DNA from: Thelocarpon superellum
Lineage: Eukaryota
Reading direction: 5' to 3'
DNA length: 20,000 nt
Assembly: GCA_026025795.1 (NCBI GenBank)
Contig: JAPEUG010000035.1
Location: forward strand, 55,256-75,255
The notes beneath the pieces were generated by a model. The model was not told the origin of the DNA. It searched no databases and worked only from the letters and a program-made list of their open reading frames with translations. Made by a program: the position numbers and the translations under genes. Below, piece by piece: positions 10,186 through 20,000 of this stretch (position 1 is the stretch's first letter; every line of letters starts with the position of its first letter).

Positions 10186-11366
10186 TCACTCGCAAGCATC
10201 TGTCTCACTACTTTCGCCCTCATCCTGGGGAGAGAGGGTGTATGAGTAGGCCCGGGTGTTGGAGTACCAGTCGCCGTCTTGCCACTGTCCTTCATTGGTG
10301 GCGTACGAAGGGTCCCACGGCACGCTGTAGAGAGCACAGTACAGTCCCTCTACCTGATCATTGACCGACGACACGTAGGCGACGAAGAAGTTCTGTCCCA
10401 GACGGCACGTCAGAGGGGCATGGCCGACGAGGGATGCCATGACCTACACATGCAGTATACGACCCGTTCATCGCATGCTCCTGGTTGTATGCCGTCTGTG
10501 CCAGGCATGCCGTGGCGCACACCGAGGGGTCGTAGCTCGTGCGAAAGAACTTGACGCCTTGATATGTATTGGTGCCGTTGAGCATGGGGGCGTTGATGGC
10601 GCCCCCGAGCTTCGTTGGTCCGTCAAAGCCGCTGATGGGCGCGGGATTGGCCGTTATATTATAGCCATTGGAGCCGGCGATGACCACTCGGAAGTCGACG
10701 CGATCCTCACCTGCGTTGTTGGCCATGGCTTCCGTGACCCCGCCGCCCCACAGTGTGCACTTGACGTCGGTGACGGAGGGCGGATCAGAGCAGCCATCGG
10801 CTGGGTTCAGCGAGGGGTCCCGCTCAAAGTAGATGTTAAATCCTTGACATCCGTCCTTGGCATTGCAGAGCTGGGCACACGTCTCAGGATCGTAAGAAGC
10901 GATCGTTGTCAAGCCGAGGTAGATGTTCCCATTGACCGAAGCTTGTAGATTTGAGAAGGCTACCTCAAATCCATCGGGGGTGGTGGCATTCAGCGAGGCC
11001 TGCTGCAACTCCGTGTCGGCCAGGAAAGCCTCGGCTGTGTCGGGCGTGGGCACGGGGCCGGATCTACCAAGCACATGTTAGGAGAGTGTCTTTCGAGCGT
11101 CAGCCCCGAGAGGTTTCCTACCCTGCGGGCTGGATGCCACACGGATCATTCACCCCACGCTTGTCCATCGACGGCGTCGTCGGGTGGGCCGCGATCGAGG
11201 AGGCCGAGGCCAGGTTGGGACTGATGGTCTGGGCGCTGGCGTCGATGGGCGGGCCTGTCACAGTGGGTGAGGGCGCACTCTTAATGGCATCGAAGTCGAT
11301 GTTCTGTGGTTTGGGAGCCGCCGTGGCAAGGGCTGCAAACGCGCAGAGGACGTAGACGGATCGCAT
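10186..11366 (-). CDS. Secreted Cys-rich protein with two PAN/apple-like repeats, 3 exons (11366-11122, 11063-10448, 10392-10186), about 355 aa
   Basis: Signal peptide MRSVYVLCAFAALATA, a Pro/Ser/Thr-rich pro-region and a dibasic DKR site. Introns 11064-11121 (GTAGGA..CCTAAC..TAG) and 10393-10447 (GTAGGT..TCTGAC..CAG) join three ORF-track fragments in frame. Two repeats share YxG...SYDPxxCAxxC...CxxF...CxL[WY]. The fold assignment is inferred from Cys spacing. Confidence 0.85.
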
Positions 11367-13304
11367 CTTGCTGATCGAATCACTCTGTGCCAGGAAATGA
11401 GGTTCTGGAGATGGCCAACGGACACTGCGCTCGATCTGGTGAAGATCAGTCGGCCGTCCTGCGCCGCGAGAGCCCTGGGGTCTCGAATGCTCTTATAGAC
11501 CAGGGCGTCGAGAAACTCCGGGGCGCAGGTGGAACGTTGTCTCGCCCATGGCCAAGGAGACTGGTGACAGGCCGATCACCGTGAACTCCGATTCGCAGCG
11601 GCATCGGGACGCACATGGACATCCGGCCAGAGGACATCTCCGCATTGGTCCGCGAGGTGGTTCCCGTTTCAGGCGTGGCAGGAAGATGTGCGGCGTGCTT
11701 GCCGCGGTTTCAAACAAAGGCGTTCTAGGAGGGCCTATGGCGGCACACGTGTGGACGACTTTCTGGCACGTCTCGCGACTTGCTTCATCATTGTTCTGGC
11801 CGTCGGTGAATTATCGGACTCGCTGGAGCGCACCTCGCTTGTGGATGGCGGTTGTAGACCGGGAATCGAGGCCCCAGACATTCCACAACGGAGATGCACG
11901 GCCGTCGAAGCCGTCCTCAAGAACAACGAAAGGCACAAATGATAGGAGATTAGCACGAGAATGAGGCCGCGTGACGACAATACAGACGTCGAGGAGTTCA
12001 CTCGGACCGTACTCGTCCCGAGCCAAGCACCTGCTCTGCATGGTGGCTAAATTTTCCCTGTATTGATTCTTCCCAAACGAGCGGTCGCACATTTGTTGTT
12101 CGGACCTGGTTGACTCAGACTCACAATCATCCCTCGGAATTTCTTGAGAAGTCTGTGCCACGTCCCAAGGGGTCAAAGTCAGGGAGGACGTCGATTTGGA
12201 GATGGCGAGGTAGTACCACTACCAAGGGGAGGATGAAGGATCGACAACAGCGGACGCGAGTCGGACGGAGAGTCAGGACAGGGACCGTGCGTCAAGTGTC
12301 TCTTGTGGGTAGTGTGCAAGGAACGAATGCATTGACCGTTGGCATCGATGTCCCTGACTAGATTGCGTCTGCAGCCTTGACCTGCGGGGTGGGCACTCGG
12401 ACACCGGCACTGCATGGAACGTCTCAGTCAAGGGGGCTCTGGAGACAGCATCGCCGGCGGCACTATCTGAAGCGAAGGGTTCCGCTTGGAGCTCCCACTT
12501 AGAGGAGCAAACCGCCGTGGCCGAAGAAACTACGAAAACACGCAAGGATTGGCGACCGGAGTAGGACATGCAGGTTCTTTGGAACACTGATTCAGCCCGT
12601 GGAGCAGGCGAATTCGCAATCTTCCGGGTCACTTGGAGGAGGAATGGCGCTTCGAGTCCTCAGGCGGTGATTGGCGAGGCGAGGCAGCCACAGGCGATCC
12701 GTGCATTGCCGTGGCTCAGACTTTGGGAGTCAGTCAGGGATGTGGATTGCGTCGGTCTGCCTCGCGTATCGGATCATCCGGTCATGATGGATGAACGAAT
12801 AAGAGATTTGGAAATGAAAGCGGGCAGATAGGGCCGACATGCCGGCACAGTGCATCCTTTGAAGGATAGGGTGGAGATTCACCAGCGATTAGGGCAACTT
12901 CGGTCGGTAACGGGAACGTCACCGGTGAAGGGGAGTCGGATAGAGAGGCAAGCGTAGACCGGATTGTTTCGCTGGAGGTATTCGCTTTGGCCTTCAGGAA
13001 CCGGGTACGAGTCCAGGGTAACCCTGCTTTTCCCCCGCGTACCGGACATGCAAAGGGGCGTGACATAGCGGGCCTCTCCAGTGGTCGTGCTGACTGCCAC
13101 AGTCATCTTCGGCTCTACGCTAGAGCATCGTCCAGGTGACTGATCGAGCGTGGCCTGCGTGGAACGTGGCTGTGTCGCGTACAGTCCGCGAGGCTCCCGC
13201 CGCTCTGCGGGGTTGCCGGTATTCCGGACCCATTTATTTGGAAGAGGCATGCATCTCAACCTTGACGGCAACCTCTATTGCAGTAGAGAGTCTTGATAGA
13301 CATC

Positions 13305-15685
13305 ATGATCACCATGGTCAAATCAGCAGAGACGACCGTTGATCCGGACTCCTGGCCACTGTCTCCGTCGGTCAATGTCACAAAGCGTGAAGAGGCACAA
13401 GGGCAGGGGCGAGTCTCGGGCTCAAGCGATGCCTCGCCTCCGCCTTCGTACAATGCCGTGCAGACGACGGACCTGGCCTCGCTCTTTGGCGCGCTCGCTG
13501 TGACGGACTCCGGGAATGAGCTGAGTTCTGCTCACTGTATTGTTCATTTGAAGCTGCTCCAGGTGTTTGCTCAATTGCGTCGTGATGTCGGACATACCGA
13601 GGGCCTGTGGGACTTGCATGACGAGCTGGCCACGAAGAGCGGCACGCAGACGACGCAAGAGCAAGAGCTGGCGCTGGCCCAGATTCGGGAAAAGCGATGG
13701 GCCATCTTCGTTGCTCGGGCAGTGGATCGCTTCGAGCGATGGTGGAATACCTTCACCACGAGCGGCAGGCGCCCAGGACAACCGCTAGTCACCTCACAAC
13801 TGGACGCCTTGTCTGCTTTCGAGTCTACCCCCGCTCAAGGGAGGGCGCTGGAGATGGATGCTGGGTCCTTGCCACCCGTCGGTGAGCGCTGGACCAGCCA
13901 TAGCACGCAGCGGCGGCATACTGATGGAACCTCACAGATGTGCTCATGGTGTGGCATGCCTACATGCTCAACCCTCGGGCCTTCTTCGAAGATAGCGTGC
14001 GCCATGGCAAGCTGGACTTTTGGGCGACAGGCCTTCCTTGGGCCACACTCAACGCTGTCATCGGTCATGCTACCTTTGCCTACGAACCTCCTCCTGAAGC
14101 CGTCCAGAGGTTTGAGAAGGCGACGGATCGAGCGTGGAACAACCTGGACGACTCACCGGCTAAGAAGATGGGGTGTCCCGAGTGTGGCGCAAGAATGATC
14201 TGTCCCTGGTCGACGTGCGCGGCGAGACAATTCCCAACATTTCGGATGCAGAGTGTGGATAACTTTCTGGTCAACGAAGGATTTGGCTTCGCCGACAAGA
14301 ACTTTCGACAGACGTGCCAGCTGTGCCAGGCCGCCGTCACCCATGACACGCTTCGCGTCGCCAAGTTCCGGAGGGACCTGAGAGGCATGTACATGGAAGA
14401 TCAACCCATGCCAGGCACCATCCTATCCCTTGACGGCTTGCCTCAGGGTGCTATCTTGAGAGAGCTGCGTCGACATCCGCCGACCTTTCCAAACCGACTT
14501 CTGAAGAGCGCTATCCAAACTCATGCTTTGGACCCGGACCTCCCGCCGACGCAATTTGCCAAAGTATCCGACATAAAGGACGCCGTGGAAAAGCTGGTAG
14601 CCAACAAAGATCTGGTCGCCAGGGCCAATCAACGAACCCTGACGAACAAGCTCGGTCGACTCGAGGCCGTGGCGATCCGACGGATGATGGCGCGTTACTG
14701 GGACAACAGCTCGACTTTTGGGCTGGACCTGGTCGGGGCGGTGATTCGACAAGGAACGTTCGTGGCAAAGATGTACGACCTGGACTGGATCCACGGGCCA
14801 GTGGAGAACCGAATGCAGCGCACAGCGGTGAGATACGCCCGATTCTTCGCCATCATGGCCGCCCACCCGAACCAAGTCGCCGTTCCAACGCTCGACATCG
14901 ACCTAGCGTGGCACACGCACCAGCTCAGCCCGCGAGGATACTACGAGTACAGCGTCAAGACGACGAAACGCTTCATCGACCACGACGACAAGATCGACGA
15001 AGGCAGGCTCAGCGATGCCTTTACCTGGACCAGCAAAGTATACTACAAGACCTTCAAACAAGTCTACTCGGAGTGCATGTGTTGGTACTGCGAGGCCACG
15101 CGCGAGCAGAGCACGTCGAGCCTCTCGCGCCGCTTCGGCAGCGCCAAGCAAGCCGAGGCAGAATTCTACGCCTCCGACAACCCGCCCACCGATCCGCTCC
15201 GCGCCCCGCATATTTCCACGCACAACGCCGTCAATAGCTCCTCCACCTCCACCTCCGCCTCCACCGCCAGCGTGGCGGCCGAAGCACGTCTGTACGATCT
15301 ACGCAAGGCGTACCAACGCGCACGAGCACGTAACGCGAAGAAAGGACGGGCCCCTCTGCCTGGAATAGACGACAAGTCCGCGTCCACGAGAGCAGCGGGT
15401 TATACGTCATGGGGATACCCGCTACCAGTCGGGTACGCGTACGCGCCGTACATGGTCGAGCCGTGCACGACGGCGCTATACCCCGCCAACCCCGCATGCA
15501 TGAGCACTGGCGCCGGCACGCCGGGGAATTGCGCAGCGGGCACGTGTAGCGCAGGTCTTTCGGGGGGCAGTTGCGCAGGCGGCTCATCCACGGGAGGGGG
15601 GTGCGGCGGCTTTGCGGGCTGTGGAGGAGGCGGCGGTGGCGGTGGCTGTGGTGGCGGCGGTGGGTGTGGTGGCGGCGGCACTTGA
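13305..15685 (+). CDS. DUF1399 / glycine-rich domain-containing protein (GRDP)-like, 2 exons (13305-13881, 13938-15685), about 774 aa; alternative start ATG at 13314
   Basis: Exon 1 has HCIVHLKLLQVF and EKRWAIFVARAVDRFERWW. Intron 13882-13937 (GTGAGC..ACTGAT..CAG) restores LPPVDVLMVWHAYMLNPR. A second related motif reads VPTLDIDLAWHTHQLSP..IDHDD. There are CxxC pairs (CPEC, CQLC), ECMCWYC, and a Gly/Cys-rich C-terminus. Confidence 0.85.
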
Positions 15686-16091
15686 TGCCTTGTTTCTCGT
15701 GTACATATGATGCTTCAAGTTATATATATGTGATCGTATGATGAATAATGATGGCTGGGGGAGGGCAATTTGGGGTTTTCGTCACTACCTTTACGTCCCG
15801 CTCCTCCTACTCTTCCCATCGGATATCCGTGGAACAACGAGTAGGCAACGAGCAATGGGCAAATTTGGTTCCGTGATCCCTTGCCTTTCTTCATTGCTTC
15901 CTTTCTTCCATCCTTCCATCCGTATAGCCATCCGTATTGACATTCAAGGAATGAACAACGGAAAAGAGAAGAGAAAAGATAGAAGGAGACCGACACGAGG
16001 GACGCACACCAGGTCTTCAACCAGTCGGATACTATAACAGCGAAGTGTATTTGCACCAGTACCTATCACCGCAACAGCAGCATCAACAGGC

Positions 16092-19000
16092 TCACATAAG
16101 AACACACCGCGCACTCCCCTTCCGATCTTTTGACTCTAACCCCCCCGGCCCGGTCTTGGACGGTCCAGGATCGGTTGAGGTAGGCCCAGGCGCGCCCTGT
16201 ATGTGTCTCGTCGCCATGTTGGCGGAAAGAGGAGGGGGGACCGACGAGGAAGCAGAGAAGGGGGAGGTGTGAGGCGCCGCCGTCCATGCGTCAGCGGTCG
16301 ATGCCCTGTTGGCAACGAATTTGTCCTTACGCCGGCGGATCGTGCCCCATGTGCTTCGACGCTTGGCGCTCTTCAGGTTTGACAGGTTCATGGTACTGCG
16401 GCGGGTGTTGCGGCTCGAGCGGTGGCGCACCAGCTCCGTCTCGTTGTTAGGCGTGTGCGAGATGGACGGTGCATCCGAGACGACGCTCTGGATGGTGTCG
16501 AGGCGGCGGATTTCGGGTCGTGAAAGGAGGTTCGGTGATGAAGAGGACGCCGGGGGAGGGGCTAAGCGCGAGGAAGGTGATTGAGCGCGTCGACTCGAGC
16601 TGCCTGATCTGGAGCGGAGACTCTCGAGTGAGTGCGACGGACGAGGTAACAAGACGGACTGCACCGCACGAGGTGGCCCGACCGGAACGCGGCGGAAGCG
16701 AAGATCCTGGGTGCTTGAGAGGGGGCGAGCGAGGGTCAGATTTGGTGGTCGGGATTGCCTATTCTTCAGTCGAGCTATCTGCGCTGCTGACGGAGGCGCG
16801 GGTCCGTTCGGCTCACCGAGATGTGAGCTCGGCGATGAAAGCGGGCTTTCCGTATCACGCCGATGAGGAAACTTCTCGGCTTCCGGCGACGATGAGGACG
16901 ATGCGCTTGATACCGAGGCAGAGGCGGCCACGTGTATCTCTGGAGGGATCTGCAAGGCGGAGATGTCCGATCCCCGTCGACTTGGTACCATGGCCGATAT
17001 GGGGCTGGGCACGATCAATTCACCTTGCTCTCCGAGGCCTGGCTGCGGAGCTTCGGGCTCGGGCACGGGCTCGTCTGAGACCCTTGTCTCTGGAGGAGTC
17101 AACTCCGGGGAGATGTCGCCCCCCGAAAGGTCATATGGCTGGGGCAGCGATGGAAATGGAGAGGTCAATGCCGATCTCATCGACTCCGAATCATACACCG
17201 CTTCAATCTCGCTCGACACCGCCGGGTGGGTGAAAGCATTGCTACTGCTCATGGCCTCAATGGGCGATGCCGAGTAGAGGTCGTCCTCCGTTTCTACGGA
17301 GATGACCGGCACCCCTGGTCCGTCGCGGACGTCCTCCTCGGAACGCGTCGGTATTGACGACGGCCCTGGCTGCGTTGCTGGCGATGTCGTCGCCAACGGT
17401 GCGATAGCAAGGCTCGGGACGGTCTCAGACTCCCGCGCTCGGTCCCACAGTGTCGGCCTCGGGTGGGTTTCCGCTCTCCCAAAGGTGGTGCGAGTTCGCT
17501 GCAGCGCACTTTGGGCGAGCCCTTCAACCGTACTTCGTGCCCGTGTGAGTTGGTTTGGGCTGGTGCTCGGCCCTGATGTTGTTGCCGCGCCGCACGGCAG
17601 GAGGCTTTGACGCAAGTGGTCTGGTAGAGGAGCGTCCGGATCCCGCTTATAGGGTGGAGGTGGGGCCACCCATTCCTCGGCATCGCTCGTGTGTGGAACC
17701 ACTCTGGAGAAGCGATGCGCATGAAATTGAACGTCGCCAGTGGACATGGCCCGGGGCGCGACTCGCGTGGAGTTGGCCGCGGCGGTCGCGGCACGTTGCA
17801 GAGTCGTTCGTGAACGAGGGCTACTATGGGAATAGGGTCCGTCCAGCGCTTCTTGGGCTTCTTCCAGCGAGAGCCCTGCCTCGATCATTAACCTCGTGGC
17901 GCGAGATCGGCGCGGGGCCACGGCAGCGGCCGGTCGTGCGTCTCCGGAGAGTCGGTCAGGAGAGGCCGAGATGGGACCATTTCGCATATGTGACGACGCC
18001 CCATCTCGCCCCGGCCGCTGAGCCACGGTCCGTCTCCTTGCGAGGGCGACTTCTTCCTCCAAGTCTCTGATCTCTTCCTCCAGCAGCTCGGCTTCGCCAC
18101 CACCCACTTCGAGGGTAATCACCTTCTTGCGCCCATTTTGCATGCCTCCGTCAAAATCGATGAGAACGATGCGGCCACCGTCCACGGGAGGGCGAGCGTC
18201 ACTGCCGCCCTCGGCGAACCCGTCTACCCCCCCGGGGGCCACGACGACTAATCGCTCGCGATGCCGACATCCGTCGGTCGTTGCCGACGGCATGGACACC
18301 CATCGCAAGGCCGAGACGCCTGCAACGTTGGCCACATGGTAGCCTTTCAGGAAAGGATTGCGCGATTCTCCTCTCACCTCTAGCGCGAGGGGGGGCGTCG
18401 ACGGGTTTGGACCGGCGCTACTCGTGGTTGAACTGGGGGTGTGCGGGGCCGAGACGTCCTCGAACTCCTCATTTTCGATGGTATCAGGGATCCATAGGCC
18501 ACTACTGGCGACGAAGCCCGTCATGCGGCCCGCATCCGTAGAGTAGCTCAGCTCCTCGGGCACACCGTAGATCCAGATGGGCTCCCCAGCGACGCCGACG
18601 GCTACCAGGTCACCCCCCTGACTGGCGGTCGGGACGGTCAAGGAGAGAGTGGGACTCAGCTTGTCGCTAATAGTGGGGCCGGTAAAGTGGAGTGCCCCGT
18701 TCCGCAGATCTTCGACGCGGACGGCACGAAGCGTGTCGAGCGTGATGTCGCAGGCGAAGATCCACGCCACTTCTCCGTCAGTGCCATGCGGTAGGAGGGT
18801 GGCATGGCTGCACGCCCGGCTCGCGTTCGGGAAGAGGATCTGTGTCGTCCACATCTGACTCAACAGATCGGACAGGGGCTGGTCCGGCTCGCCTTCATTG
18901 TGATACGGAGCGAACAGAGAGACGGTATTGGCTTGGGCCGATGATGTGGTCGTGCCGAGCAGCAAGGTCCCATCGCTCGAGAAGGACAAGACATCGACCG

Positions 19001-19995
19001 TCTGACACTTGACGGAGCGTCGGTCCGTTGCCACAGCGTTGGCGGCCAACGAGTAGACTTCAATCCCGCCGTCGTACGCCGCTGCCACCACCGACCCTCC
19101 TGGGCACAAGGCAATCGTACGGGGCGGATTGTCCAGCGCCATCGACCGGAGTAACGAGACCCGGGGACCCCCAAGATCATACACATTCAGCTGGTGGTCG
19201 GCGTACAAGACGGCCAGCCGGGAGCCGTCGTCGAGGATGGTGGCCACCACCGGACGGCGCAGCACTCTCAACTCGCGTTTGACGCTGATGGACGGTGTCG
19301 ACACGTCCAACACATAGATGCGCGATGACCCAAACGCCAGAACCAGTCGTCCATTAGGCGAGAAGGCGAAGTGAAAGGCTTCGCCGCGGGGAAAGGAGGC
19401 ATAGGAATCGGCGGAGGTGGAGAGCAGCTGGACGACGGTGTGCTTGGGTCGTAGGTAGGTATCAAAGAGGTTTCTCTTGATCTCACTCCGGAATTGGCGT
19501 CGGAGTCGAGGGAGGTCGGTATCATGAAGTGGGCCGGGAATCACGCCGTGGCAGCGGGCATACGACGAACAACGAGATAGGTGATGGGCGTAGAGCTGTG
19601 GAGACTGGGCTGCTTCGTACCAGTCACGGTTCAACAAGACCAAGGAGGCAAAGGAATTGGCATCGGCGTCGTAGAGGATCCTAGAGCGCGACGTATCAGT
19701 CACGCATGGCCTTGATCCTCGGGGCCTTCGCCGAAGATTGTCCGAGAGGACGAGATCCCAGGGTGGGAAATGCCTACTGTGAGATGATTTCGCGGGGGAG
19801 ACGCTTGAAGGCAGGCCTTTCTCGGACGGCGGCCCCATGACGAGCAGATTTCTCGATGGCGCCGGGATCATCACCCTCCGTTGATGGGACGCGCCCGGCC
19901 ATCAATCCGGCAGCCGGCGACGAGGGAAGGACGTTAGGCCCACCAAGGTGGAGGGACGAGGGAGCTGCCATGCATTCATCGCGTTCCTGGTCCAT
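16092..19995 (-). CDS. F-box + WD40/YVTN-like beta-propeller protein with a long disordered C-terminus, PPxY motif and C-terminal CaaX, 2 exons (19995-19778, 19680-16092), about 1268 aa. The frame is open to the window edge, so the start may lie further upstream.
   Basis: Intron 19681-19777 (GTAGGC..ACTGAT..TAG) joins AFKRLPREIISQ to ILYDADANSFASLVLLNRDWY, an F-box-like LPxEIxxxIL...VxxxW pattern. Propeller-type strands follow: FAFSPNGRLVLAF, IYVLDV, LDDGSRLAV, LNVYDL, IALCPGGSVVAAAY, LSFSSDGTLLLG. The protein contains APPPPY and ends KDRKGSARCVLM-stop. Confidence 0.85.
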
Positions 19996-20000
19996 GCTAC

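Noticed and set aside
11669..11792. Minus-strand ATGATGA ... CTGA pair suggestive of a C/D box snoRNA
   Set aside because: There is no terminal stem and no rRNA-complementary guide that I could recognise. Such box pairs arise by chance.
12136..12151. GGAATTTCTTGAGAA as a heat-shock element
   Set aside because: The spacing does not fit contiguous inverted nGAAn units.
755..19777. Possibility that the many short introns are introner-like mobile elements
   Set aside because: The 12 introns share no internal sequence similarity beyond splice signals.
19778..19874. ORF-track N-terminus of the 1260-aa ORF (MMIPAPSRNLL...)
   Set aside because: It starts at a non-ATG codon and reads through the 97-nt intron. 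The spliced model from 19995 restores an F-box motif instead.

Overview
Gene-dense, GC-rich eukaryotic DNA that looks like a filamentous ascomycete (Pezizomycotina-type), with short GT-AG introns of 49-97 nt and CTRAY-like branch points. I reconstructed six intact spliced genes by hand: cytosolic phenylalanyl-tRNA synthetase alpha subunit (minus, 7 exons); an EDEM/Htm1(Mnl1)-type GH47 alpha-1,2-mannosidase (plus, divergent from it); adenine phosphoribosyltransferase (minus); a secreted protein with two Cys-rich PAN/apple-like repeats (minus); a DUF1399/GRDP-type protein with a Gly/Cys tail (plus); and a large F-box + WD40-like propeller protein carrying a PPxY motif and ending in a CaaX box (minus). 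A seventh locus, split across several fragments in the ORF track, is a frameshifted gamma-glutamylcyclotransferase (GGCT/AIG2-like) pseudogene. No tRNA, rRNA, transposon or CRISPR was recognised. The main leads are the putatively prenylated F-box/PY protein, the GGCT pseudogene, the Gly/Cys tail, a hairpin over a PheRS splice donor, and a skew toward GTAGG donors. All family calls come from motif recognition, not database searches.
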